In this document: in pieces, positions 28,448 through 37,441 of the stretch | Layout: each line of letters starts with the position of its first letter | Numbering within the stretch: the stretch's first letter is position 1 | DNA from: a bacterium | GTDB taxonomy: Bacteria; Planctomycetota; B15-G4 | NCBI GenBank assembly: GCA_030428785.1 | Contig: JAUIEF010000007.1 | Coordinates: forward strand, 1,333 to 65,332 | DNA: 64,000 bases | Direction: 5' to 3' | The notes under the pieces: model-generated | The model's database searches: none | Told to the model about the DNA's origin: nothing | What the model saw: only the letters and a program-made list of their open reading frames with translations | Translations under genes and position numbers: made by a program

Positions 28448-29965
28448 ATGCCGCGAGACCGCACCCCCGCCGACACGCCGCGCGCCGCCGCGCGCCGCAC
28501 GTCCCCGTCCCGTCGCGCCGCCGCGGGGCTCGCCGCGCTCGTGCTCGCGGTCGCCTGCGGCCCGGCGGACGGGCCCGCCGCGCCGGACGCGCCGCGGCGG
28601 AACCTCGTCGTCGTGCTCGTCGACACGCTGCGCGCCGACCACCTCGGGTTCCACGGCTACGCGCGCGACACCTCGCCCTTCCTCGACGAACTCGCCGCCG
28701 AGGGCGTCGTGTTCGAGCGCGCGTACTCGCCGTCGGCCTTCACGCGCGAGTCGGTCGCGGCGCTGCTCACGGGGCGGCTCCCGTCGCTGAGCGGCAGCCT
28801 CGGCTGGTACGCGGCGCCCTCCGACGACCTGCCGACGCTCGGCGAGAGCTACCAGGCCGCCGGCTACCGCACGGGCTTCTTCACGACGACGATCATGCTC
28901 GGCAACGAGCGCTTCACGCGCGGCTTCGACGACGTCGACCAGATGGTCGAGAAGGGCGGCGTGAGCGGCATGGGCCACGAGCTCACGGAGCGCGCGCTGC
29001 GCTTCGTGCGCGACGCCGGCGACGAGCCGTTCATGATGTACGTGCACTACTTCGACCCGCACGGTCCGTACGAGCCGCCGGAGGCGCTCTACACGCGCTT
29101 CGCCGACGAGGTCTTCGCCGACCCGATCGGGCTCTACACCGAGCTGCGGCCGCGCGTGCCCGAGTACGTCGCGCAGGGCTTCGGCCCCGGCGACCCGCGC
29201 TACGAGGACCAGCAGGTGCGCTACGACGCCGAGATCGTCGACACGGACGACGCGATCCGAGCCCTCGTCGACGGCCTGCGCGAGGCGGGCGTCGCGGACG
29301 ACACGACCCTCGTGCTCACGTCGGACCACGGCGAGGAGTTCCTCGAGCACGGCTTCGTGGAGCACGCGTGGACGCTCTACGAGGAGTCCGTGCACGTGCC
29401 GCTCGTCGTGTGGGACCCGAGCCGCCTGCCGCCCGCGCGCGTCTCGCGGCCGGTCTCGCTCGTGGACGTCGTGCCGACGGTCACCGCGCTGCACGGCGTG
29501 TCGCGCGACGGCCGCCCCACCGACGGCCACGTGCTGCTCGACGTGTCGGGCGCGCCCTCGCCGCCGGCCGTGCCGGTCGTGAGCGAGCTGCTCGTCCAGC
29601 ACCGCAACGTCGTGCGCAGCGTGGTCGTCGGCCCGTGGAAGTACCTCCAGGCGCGGCGCTGGCTGAACCCCGTCCAGCGCTCGGTGATCTGCCGCGCCGA
29701 GCGCAAGCACGAGCTCGCCGCGCAGGAGCGGCCGTTCGACCCGTGGTCGCCCGTGGTGCACGAGGAGCTCTACGACCTCTCGCAGGACCCCGGCGAGCGC
29801 CGCGACCTCTCGGGGACCGAGCCGACGCAGCTCGCCCGCATGCGCGAGGTGCTCGCGGCGCTCGAGCGGCGCGCGAAGGAGGTCGCGCCCGGTCAGCAGG
29901 GCCGCGCGGACGAGCAGGAGATGGACCAGGAGATGCTCGACGCGATCAAGGCCATCGGGTACTGA
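28448..29965 (+). CDS. sulfatase-like hydrolase/transferase lipoprotein (alkaline phosphatase superfamily)
   Basis: Same frame as track ORF 25820..29965. ATG 28448 lies 5 nt after the preceding stop. Lipobox LVLAVACGP. Carries VVVLVDTLRADHLG, LVLTSDHGEEF and EHAW. The canonical C/S-x-P-x-R sulfatase motif is not evident (the sequence is YSPSAFTRES). Confidence 0.75.
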   Translation: MPRDRTPADTPRAAARRTSPSRRAAAGLAALVLAVACGPADGPAAPDAPRRNLVVVLVDTLRADHLGFHGYARDTSPFLDELAAEGVVFERAYSPSAFTRESVAALLTGRLPSLSGSLGWYAAPSDDLPTLGESYQAAGYRTGFFTTTIMLGNERFTRGFDDVDQMVEKGGVSGMGHELTERALRFVRDAGDEPFMMYVHYFDPHGPYEPPEALYTRFADEVFADPIGLYTELRPRVPEYVAQGFGPGDPRYEDQQVRYDAEIVDTDDAIRALVDGLREAGVADDTTLVLTSDHGEEFLEHGFVEHAWTLYEESVHVPLVVWDPSRLPPARVSRPVSLVDVVPTVTALHGVSRDGRPTDGHVLLDVSGAPSPPAVPVVSELLVQHRNVVRSVVVGPWKYLQARRWLNPVQRSVICRAERKHELAAQERPFDPWSPVVHEELYDLSQDPGERRDLSGTEPTQLARMREVLAALERRAKEVAPGQQGRADEQEMDQEMLDAIKAIGY

Positions 29966-29987
29966 CCGGCCGTCGCGACGCGCGCCC

Positions 29988-32528
29988 TCAGGGTCCGACG
30001 TCGAACGGCAGCCAGCCCGCCCAGAAGAGCGGGTGCGTCCGGTCGACGAGGCCCTCGCCCTCCGCGCCCGCGACGAAGAGCCGCTGCGCGTGGCCGATGA
30101 GCGACCAGAGCGGGCGGCTCCCGTCGGCGCCCGCCTGGAGGCGCTCGAGCATGCCGTCGCGGAGCGTGTCGGGGAGCGGCCAGCGCGTGAGGAGCACCTG
30201 GCGCGCGCCGCCCGCGACGAGCGCGGCCGCGGCGTGCGCGGCGCCGTGCCGCACGTCGGACGGGTCGAAGCGCGTGCGGTCGAGGACGACGTCCGCGCCG
30301 ATGGGCGACCCCGCGAGCCGTCGCCACGGGAGGAGCCCGGCCGCCGCGTCGCCGCGCGGGGCGGACGCGTCCGGCGCGAGGAGCAGGCCGCCGAGCCGGT
30401 CGCCGCCGACGCCGGGCACGGAGAGCTCGACGACCGCGGCGTCGCGCAGCGCGTCGAGCACCGCCGCCGTCGTGCACGCGTCGCCCCGCACGGGCTCCGG
30501 CTCGCCCGACCGCAGCGTGCCCGTCGCGAGCGCGCCGCTCCCGAACGCGCCGCGCGCCGCGGCCGCCGCGAGCGAGAGCTCGTCGACGTCGAGCGCCGGT
30601 TCGCCGAAGCGCGCCCAGCGACCGTCGCCCGCGGGCGCCGCCGGCGCGAGCCCCCGCTCGCCGAGGCCCTCCGGCGCGACGTACGGCATGAGGCGCACGT
30701 CGTGGTCGCGCAGCAGCCACGCCACGGGCCCGCCGGACCAGCGCCGCGTGACCCACATGCCGGGCGGCACGCCCGTGAGCTCGTCGGGGAGCAGCAGCGT
30801 CCAGAGCGTGCGACCCTCGAGGTCGGCGAGCGCGCGCTCGTCGAGCAGCTTGGTGTAGAGGTCGTGCGACGCGTGCGCCACCGCGTCGAGCCGGCCGCCG
30901 CGCATCGCGTCGACGACGGCCTCCGTCGCGCCGAGCAGGGACGCTCCCGGCGGAAGCCCGAAAGTCGTGCCGCCCAGGTCGGAGGTGAAGATCACGAGGT
31001 AGCTGTGGCGCACGCCGGGCAGCACCGCGACGACGGCCTCCTCCGGCGGGAGCCCGCCGGCGAGCCAGCCGCGCACGCGCTCCTCGGAGTCGACGAGCGC
31101 GGCGTCCGGCCGCCGCCCGAGGACGGCCTCGAGCGTCTCGGAGGCCTGCCAGCGCAGCGCCGCGACGATGCCGTCGTCGAGGCGCGCGTCGGCGGCGGCG
31201 TCCTGCCCGATGGCGCGCAGCCGGTCCGCGTCGGAGAGCGCGAGGTGCAGCGCGAGCCACGCGGGGCCGGGCAGCGGCTCGGGGCAGGTGCGGCGCAGCA
31301 CCGACAGCGAGGCGTCGTCCGCGTCGTCGGTCGCGGGGTCGAGCCGCGGCAGGAGCTCGGCGGCCGTCGCGCTCGTGTCGGGCACGACGTCGAGCAGCCA
31401 GCCGTGGAGCACCGTGCGCGCGAGCGAGTCGGGCAGCGCCGCGAGGACGTCGAGCGCCTCGTCGGGGCGCGCCGACTTGACGAGCGCGACGGCCTCGATC
31501 CAGCCGGCCTGCTGCGCGAGGAGCTCGTCGGCCGCGGCGGTCCGCGCCGAGCGCGCGAGCTCCGCGGCGGCGGGCGCGTCGCCCTCCGTGAGCTCGAGCC
31601 GCGCGGCCACGAGCTCGAAGGGCGCGCGCGACACCGGGTCGTCCGCGCCGGCGAGCACCGCGTCGAGCTCGCGACGACAGGCCTCGAGCTGCCCCGAGAG
31701 GAGGAGCTCGCCGAAGCTCAGTGCGAGCGCCTGGTCGCGCGCGCCGTCGCGGCGGTCCGCCTCGCCCTCGAACGCGCGCGCCGCGGCGAGCGCCGTCTCG
31801 GCCGCCTCGGCGTGGAGCCCGAGCAGCGCGAGCTGCTGCGCGCGGTTCGCGAGCGTCGTCGCCGCGTCGCCGCCGGCGTCCCACGCCGCGAGCGCGCCGA
31901 GGTCGTCGCCGAGCCGGAGCAGCGCGGCGCCCTTCTGCCGGTGGAGCGCGGCCGTGCGGTCGTCGTCGCCGAGGTCCAGCACGGCCTGCCGCGCGAGCGC
32001 CTCGTCGAAGCGGCGCACGGCCTCCTCCGGACGGCCGAGCCGGTCGACGAGCACCGCCGCCTGCTCGCGCGTGAGGATCTCGGTGCGCTCGTCGGCGTGC
32101 TCGACGCTGAACGCGACGAGCTCGTCGAGGTAGCCGAGCGCCGCCTCGAGGTCGTCGGACATGCTCTCGATGCGCGCCATGTTCCCGAGGGCGAGGCCCT
32201 CGACGCGCGCGAGGCCCAGCGCGCGGGCGCGGGCCAGGGCGGGCTCCATGAGCGCGCGCGCCTCGTCGATGCGGTCGAGCATCTTGAGGCAGACGCCGCG
32301 CTGCGCGCGCGCCGCGACGACGCCCGCCTCGTCGCCGGCCTCGCGCGCGAGCTCCTCGATGCGCAGCCAGGCCGCCGCGGAGGCCTCGTGGTCGCCGGCG
32401 TCGTACGCGGCCTGGGCGTCGCCCTCGAGCGCCGCGCGCCGCGCCGCCGGGTCGTCGGACGCGGAGGAGGACCACCACCAGAGGCCCGCGCCCAGCGCGA
32501 GCACGAGGACGACGACGAGCCTCTTCAC
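29988..32528 (-). CDS. TPR repeat protein with a C-terminal CHAT-like domain
   Basis: Same frame as track ORF 29988..33563. GTG 32528 overlaps the rnd stop. N-terminal TM segment (KRLVVVLVLALGAGLWWW). TPR-like helical repeats follow. The C-terminal region has CHAT-like blocks (LVAGGARQVLLTRWPLPD). Confidence 0.65.
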   Translation of the reverse strand: MKRLVVVLVLALGAGLWWWSSSASDDPAARRAALEGDAQAAYDAGDHEASAAAWLRIEELAREAGDEAGVVAARAQRGVCLKMLDRIDEARALMEPALARARALGLARVEGLALGNMARIESMSDDLEAALGYLDELVAFSVEHADERTEILTREQAAVLVDRLGRPEEAVRRFDEALARQAVLDLGDDDRTAALHRQKGAALLRLGDDLGALAAWDAGGDAATTLANRAQQLALLGLHAEAAETALAAARAFEGEADRRDGARDQALALSFGELLLSGQLEACRRELDAVLAGADDPVSRAPFELVAARLELTEGDAPAAAELARSARTAAADELLAQQAGWIEAVALVKSARPDEALDVLAALPDSLARTVLHGWLLDVVPDTSATAAELLPRLDPATDDADDASLSVLRRTCPEPLPGPAWLALHLALSDADRLRAIGQDAAADARLDDGIVAALRWQASETLEAVLGRRPDAALVDSEERVRGWLAGGLPPEEAVVAVLPGVRHSYLVIFTSDLGGTTFGLPPGASLLGATEAVVDAMRGGRLDAVAHASHDLYTKLLDERALADLEGRTLWTLLLPDELTGVPPGMWVTRRWSGGPVAWLLRDHDVRLMPYVAPEGLGERGLAPAAPAGDGRWARFGEPALDVDELSLAAAAARGAFGSGALATGTLRSGEPEPVRGDACTTAAVLDALRDAAVVELSVPGVGGDRLGGLLLAPDASAPRGDAAAGLLPWRRLAGSPIGADVVLDRTRFDPSDVRHGAAHAAAALVAGGARQVLLTRWPLPDTLRDGMLERLQAGADGSRPLWSLIGHAQRLFVAGAEGEGLVDRTHPLFWAGWLPFDVGP

Positions 32529-33676
32529 GAGCGGGCCTTGGCCAGGACCTCCAGGATGTCCTCGCCGTACTCGCGGACGCGCCAGGGCTCGACGCCCTCG
32601 ACCGCGCCCAGCTCCTCGAGCGAGGACGGGGCGGCCTGCGCGATCGTCATGAGGAGGCTCGTCGTGGCGACGCGGGAGACGTCCACGCCGCGCGCCTTCG
32701 CCCGGACGACGCGCCACTTGCGCAGCGCGTCGAACACGCCCTCCTGCTCCGGCGTGAGGCGGCCGTCGCCGTTGGGCTCCCAGGGCTTGCGCCGCCCCTT
32801 GCCGCGCGGCACCGGGATCTCGCCCACCTCCGCGCCGCGACGGACCGCGTCGAGCAGCGCGTCGACGTCCTGCTTCCCGAGGTGCCGGTTGACGCCCCGC
32901 AGCCGGCGGTAGGCGTCCTCGGACTTCGGGCGCTTCTTCGCGAGCTCGAGGATGGCGCTGTCGTGCAGCACGCGGTACGGCGCGCGGTCGAGCCGCTTGG
33001 CGATCGCGTCGCGCGCGATGTAGAGCTCCTTGACGAGCCCGCGCGACTTGGCCGGGAGGTCGCGGCTGCCCTTGACCCGCACCCAGCTGTCCGGGTCGAA
33101 CGGCTTCTCCGGGATGTTCGCCGATGCGATGCGCGCGAACTCGCACTCCGCCTCCTCGACGCGGTCCAGCTCCTCGAGCTCCGCGAGCAGCGTCTCGCGC
33201 AACGGGATGAGGTAGCGCACGTCGAGCCGTGCGTACTCCGCCTGCTCCTCGGGGAGCGGGCGGACGCGCCAGTCGGCCTTCTGGAACTTCTTGCTCACGT
33301 GCACGTCGAACTGGCGCTTGAGCACGGCGGCCAGGCCGACGCCGTCGTGACCGAGGATCTGCGAGGCCGCCATGGTGTCGAAGGTGTTGCTGAAGTCGAA
33401 CCCCCAGTGGGCGCGCATGAGGCCGATGTCGTTCTCGCCGCCGTGGAAGATCTTGACCTTCCGCGGGTCGGCGAAGAGCGCGCCGAGCCGCGCGCGGTCC
33501 ATGTCGACGAGGCCGTCGATGAGGGCCTCCTCGTCGGCGCCCCAGCCGACCTGCACGAGGCACAGGCTCGTGCCGTACGCGTACATCGAGTCCATCTCGC
33601 AGTCGATGGCGAGGACGGGCTGCTTCTCCAGCCGGTCGATGAGCGCGTCGAGGGCCTCCTGGGTGTCGATGAGCAT
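32525..33676 (-). CDS. rnd: ribonuclease D
   Basis: Track ORF 32525..34360 trimmed to ATG 33676. DEDDy exonuclease motifs (AIDCEMDS, FHGGENDI, YARLDVRYL). HRDC-like C-terminal region. Confidence 0.85.
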   Translation of the reverse strand: MLIDTQEALDALIDRLEKQPVLAIDCEMDSMYAYGTSLCLVQVGWGADEEALIDGLVDMDRARLGALFADPRKVKIFHGGENDIGLMRAHWGFDFSNTFDTMAASQILGHDGVGLAAVLKRQFDVHVSKKFQKADWRVRPLPEEQAEYARLDVRYLIPLRETLLAELEELDRVEEAECEFARIASANIPEKPFDPDSWVRVKGSRDLPAKSRGLVKELYIARDAIAKRLDRAPYRVLHDSAILELAKKRPKSEDAYRRLRGVNRHLGKQDVDALLDAVRRGAEVGEIPVPRGKGRRKPWEPNGDGRLTPEQEGVFDALRKWRVVRAKARGVDVSRVATTSLLMTIAQAAPSSLEELGAVEGVEPWRVREYGEDILEVLAKARS

Positions 33677-33796
33677 CGCGGGGGATTCTATCAGCCGACG
33701 CGCGCGGAGACCCGCGCCGAAGACGACGCGGATCGGCTCCGGGACTCGCGGCGGGCGCGGGCGTCGGCCGCCGCCGCTTGCTACCGTGGGCGCCCC

Positions 33797-34477
33797 ATGA
33801 CCACCCCCGACTGGCGACGACTCGGCTTCCTCACCCCCGACGCGATGGAGTGCCAGCAGGACGTCTGGGCGCTCCAGGCCCGCTGGCGCACGGCGCTGGG
33901 CGACGTGCTCGCGGACCTCGCGGCCCGGACGGCCGAGCCGACCTGGGGCGCCTCGCTCGAGGAGGGCGCGCAGCGGAACCGTGGGCTCGCGGACGAGCTG
34001 CGCGGCGAGGCCGGCGAGGAGGCCGGCGTGCGCGTGGACGACGACGTCGTCGTGCGCGAGTTCGACGCCGTGCTGGGCGAGGTCGTCACGAGCGGGCACG
34101 TGCCGTCGCTCGTGACGACGGGCTTCGCGGTGCTCGGCGAGCTCTCCGCGCTGCCCGTGCGGCTGCTCGACGACGTCGCGGGGCCGCACGCGCGCATGCT
34201 CACGGGGCGCATCGTCGCGGAGGACGGCCACCGGCTCCTGGGCCGGCTGCTCCCCATGCTGCACCTCACGCCGAACGACCGCACGCAGCTGCGCCGCCTG
34301 CTGCGGCACCTCAACGGCGGGCTGCACTCGGTGCACGCGAGCTGGCGGCAGACCTTCCACACGCTGGGGGTCGACGGGGAGACGCTCGTCGAGGAGAGCA
34401 CCGCGACGGCGCGCGGCGCCTACGAGGCCCTCGAGCTCACCGCGACGAAGGCGGACCTCGGCGTCTTCGACGCCTGA
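33797..34477 (+). CDS. hypothetical protein (226 aa)
   Basis: Same frame as track ORF 32882..34477, trimmed to ATG 33797. The composition looks protein-like. No family recognised. Confidence 0.45.
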   Translation: MTTPDWRRLGFLTPDAMECQQDVWALQARWRTALGDVLADLAARTAEPTWGASLEEGAQRNRGLADELRGEAGEEAGVRVDDDVVVREFDAVLGEVVTSGHVPSLVTTGFAVLGELSALPVRLLDDVAGPHARMLTGRIVAEDGHRLLGRLLPMLHLTPNDRTQLRRLLRHLNGGLHSVHASWRQTFHTLGVDGETLVEESTATARGAYEALELTATKADLGVFDA

Positions 34478-34522
34478 CCGCGCGACGTCGCGCCCGGCCG
34501 CCGCACGCGCCCCGCTCCGGGT

Positions 34523-35980
34523 TCAGCGCTTCCAGGCGAGCGGCAGGAGCAGCACGAGCACCGAGTAGAACTCGAGCCGGCCGAGCAGCATGGCGACCAT
34601 GAGCAGGAGCTTCGTCGCCGGCTCGAAGTGCGCGTAGTTGGAGGTCGGCCCCACCTCGCCCAGGCCCGGGCCGATGTTCGAGAGGCAGGCGATGATGGCG
34701 GAGAGCGACGTCGAGCCGTCGTGGCCCTCGGCCATGAGCACGAGCGTGAGCACCGCGGTGATCGCGACGTAGATCACGAAGAAGCCCGCGGTCTTGAACA
34801 CGACCTGGTCCGTGAGCGGCCGCGGCCCGACCTTGACGACGAAGACGGCCTTGGGGCGCAGCAGGCGGCGCACCTCGCGGAAGCCGGTCTTGAGCGCGAC
34901 GATGCAGCGGATGACCTTGGCGCCGCCGCCCGTCGAGCCGGCGCAGGCCCCGCACACCATGATGACGAGCAGCAGGCCGTGGAGCCCCACGGGCCACACC
35001 TCGTAGTCGGCGGTCACGAAGCCCGTCGACGTGAGCAGCGAGACGACGGTGAACGCCGAGTCGCGGAGCAGCGGCTCGAAGCCCACGGGCGCGCCCGGCC
35101 GCCCGGCCGTCGCCGCGAGGCACAGGAGCGTCGCCACGACGACGATGCCCGTGTAGACGCGCACCTCCGTGTTCCCGATCGCGACGCGGAAGCGACCCTT
35201 CATGGCGTTGAGCAGCATGACGAAGTTCACGCCCGCCAGGAACATGAAGAGCACGACGACCCACTGCACCGCCGGCCCGAAGGAGGCGAGGGAGTCGGCG
35301 CGGGTGCCGAACCCGCCCGTGGCCACCGTCGCGAAGGTGTGGCAGATGGAGTCGAAGGGCGTCATGCCCGCCGCCCACAGCAGCACGAACTGCGTGACGG
35401 TGAGCGTGAGGTAGAGCGTCCACAGCAGCTTCGCGGTGGACGAGATGCGCGGCAGGAGCTTCTCGGACTCGGGGCCGGGGACCTCGGCCTGGAAGAGGAA
35501 GTTGCCGCCCGCGCCGAGCGCCGGCAGCACGGCGACGGACAGCGCGACGATGCCCATGCCGCCGACCCAGTGCGTCATGGCGCGCCAGAGGAGCAGCGGC
35601 CGGTCGAGCACCGCGGGGTCCGGCAGGATCGACGCGCCCGTCGTCGTGAAGCCGGAGAGCACCTCGAAGCACGCGTCGACGACGGACGGGATGCGCCCCG
35701 TGATGACGAACGGCATCGCGCCGAGCGCGGTGAACAGGATCCACGTGGACGTGACGGTCGCGAACGCCTCGCCGAAGCCGAAGCGGTCCTGCTCGAACTC
35801 GAAGGAGAGCTGGAGCGCGACGCCGAGCCCGAGGCTCACCACCGAGGACACGATGAACGCGTTGGCGGTCGGCGTGCCCAGGCCGCCCTCCGCGAGGCAC
35901 AGCAGCAGCGGCGACGCGATGAGCACCGCGAGCAGCGTGCAGAGGCGACCGAGGATGTAGAGGACGACGCCGATGTTCAC
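34523..35980 (-). CDS. trkH: Trk-type potassium uptake protein TrkH (copy 2 in the operon)
   Basis: GTG start. 485 aa, polytopic. Carries [11 protein letters not shown] and [11 protein letters not shown], the selectivity-filter-like repeats of TrkH/KtrB. Confidence 0.85.
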   Translation of the reverse strand: MNIGVVLYILGRLCTLLAVLIASPLLLCLAEGGLGTPTANAFIVSSVVSLGLGVALQLSFEFEQDRFGFGEAFATVTSTWILFTALGAMPFVITGRIPSVVDACFEVLSGFTTTGASILPDPAVLDRPLLLWRAMTHWVGGMGIVALSVAVLPALGAGGNFLFQAEVPGPESEKLLPRISSTAKLLWTLYLTLTVTQFVLLWAAGMTPFDSICHTFATVATGGFGTRADSLASFGPAVQWVVVLFMFLAGVNFVMLLNAMKGRFRVAIGNTEVRVYTGIVVVATLLCLAATAGRPGAPVGFEPLLRDSAFTVVSLLTSTGFVTADYEVWPVGLHGLLLVIMVCGACAGSTGGGAKVIRCIVALKTGFREVRRLLRPKAVFVVKVGPRPLTDQVVFKTAGFFVIYVAITAVLTLVLMAEGHDGSTSLSAIIACLSNIGPGLGEVGPTSNYAHFEPATKLLLMVAMLLGRLEFYSVLVLLLPLAWKR

Positions 35981-35983
35981 GGG

Positions 35984-37441
35984 TCAGCGCCTCCAGGCGA
36001 GCGGCGAGAGGAGCACGAAGATCGCGAAGAACTCGAGACGCCCGAGGAGCATGGCGACCATGAGCAGGACCTTGCCGGCCTCGGGGACCGCCGCGAAGTT
36101 GCTCGTCGGCCCCACGGCGCCGAGCCCCGGGCCCACGCCGGAGAGGCAGGTGATCATGGAGCTGAAGCTCTCCGTGCCGCCCATGTCGAGGAGCGTCAGG
36201 AGGAGCGTACCGAGGCAGGCCGTGCCGAGGTAGAAGAGCAGGAACGAGACGCTGCGCGTGACGACCTGCTCCGGCACCTGTCGTCCCTCGACCTTGACGA
36301 CGAAGACGGCGGTCGGACGCAGCAGGCGCTTGAGCTCGCGCGCGGCGGCCTTGGCCCACATGAGGTGGCGCGCGATCTTGGCGCTGCCGCTCGTGGAGCC
36401 GGCGCAGGCGCCCCCGACCATGAGCAGCAGCAGCACGACGTGCAGCGACACGGGCCACTGCCCGAAGTCGACGGTGGCGAAGCCCGTCGTCGAGCTCACG
36501 GACGCCACCGTGAACGCCACGCCGCGCACGAGCGGCTCGAGGCCGTCCGGCGCGCCGTCACGCGCCCGGAGCACGGCGCACCCGATGACCGTGGACACGA
36601 GCAGGATCGTGAGCCACAGGCGCGCCTCGGTGCTGCGCCACAGCGCGCCGGGCCGGCCGAGCAGCGCGCTGAAGAGCAGCACGTAGTTGAGCCCGGCGAG
36701 CACCATGAAGACCGTGACGACCCACTGGATGGCCGGGCTGTACGAGGCGAGCGAGTCGGGCTGCGTCCCGAAGCCGCCCGTGGCGACCGTCGCGAAGCTG
36801 TGGCAGATCGCGTCGAACAGCGGCATGCCCGCGACGACGAGCGCGATCGTCTCGGCGACCGTGAGCCCCAGGTAGATGCCCCACAGCAGCTTCGCGACGT
36901 CGCGGATGCGCGGGAGCTGCTTGTCCTTGCTGGGGCCCGACGCCTCCGCGCGGTAGAGGAAGTTGCCGCCCGCGCCGAGCGCCGGGAGGATCGCGACGCT
37001 CAGGGCGACGATGCCCATGCCGCCGACCCAGTGCGTGAGCGCGCGCCAGAAGAGCAGCGGCCGTCCGAGCGCGGACGGGTCCGACAGGATCGACGCGCCC
37101 GTCGTCGTGAGGCCGCTGAGCGTCTCGAAGAGGCCGTCCGTGTAGCCGGGCACCGCGTCCGCGAGCACGTACGGCACGGCGCCGAGCAGCGAGAACGCGA
37201 GCCAGCTGAACGTGACGACCGCGAAGCCCTCCTCGAAGTCGAACTCCTCGCGCACGAAGCGGAAGCTGAGCTGGAGCCCGAAGCCCACCGCGGCGGTCAC
37301 GGCCGCCGCGACGACGAAGGCGTGCGGCACGGGCCCCCACCCGCCGCCGTCGGCGAGCCACACGACGAGCGGCAGGAGCAGCAGCCCGGCGTAGACGGCG
37401 CACAGCCGCCCCACGACGTGGAAGACGGAGGAGACGCTCAC
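35984..37441 (-). CDS. trkH: Trk-type potassium uptake protein TrkH (copy 1 in the operon)
   Basis: GTG 37441 overlaps the trkA stop (GTGA). 485 aa. Carries [11 protein letters not shown] and GSTSGSAKIAR. Colinear paralog of 34523..35980. Confidence 0.85.
   Translation of the reverse strand: MSVSSVFHVVGRLCAVYAGLLLLPLVVWLADGGGWGPVPHAFVVAAAVTAAVGFGLQLSFRFVREEFDFEEGFAVVTFSWLAFSLLGAVPYVLADAVPGYTDGLFETLSGLTTTGASILSDPSALGRPLLFWRALTHWVGGMGIVALSVAILPALGAGGNFLYRAEASGPSKDKQLPRIRDVAKLLWGIYLGLTVAETIALVVAGMPLFDAICHSFATVATGGFGTQPDSLASYSPAIQWVVTVFMVLAGLNYVLLFSALLGRPGALWRSTEARLWLTILLVSTVIGCAVLRARDGAPDGLEPLVRGVAFTVASVSSTTGFATVDFGQWPVSLHVVLLLLMVGGACAGSTSGSAKIARHLMWAKAAARELKRLLRPTAVFVVKVEGRQVPEQVVTRSVSFLLFYLGTACLGTLLLTLLDMGGTESFSSMITCLSGVGPGLGAVGPTSNFAAVPEAGKVLLMVAMLLGRLEFFAIFVLLSPLAWRR

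Noticed and set aside
29988-32528. The TPR-CHAT protein as a type III-E CRISPR (Craspase/Csx29-like) component
   Set aside because: No gRAMP/Cas7-11, other cas genes or CRISPR array are nearby. The domain also seems to lack the catalytic dyad.
34480-34493. A perfect 14-nt palindrome GCGCGACGTCGCGC between convergent genes, considered as a terminator
   Set aside because: It has no loop and no U-tract, and it is short enough to arise by chance in GC-rich DNA. I did not call it as a feature.
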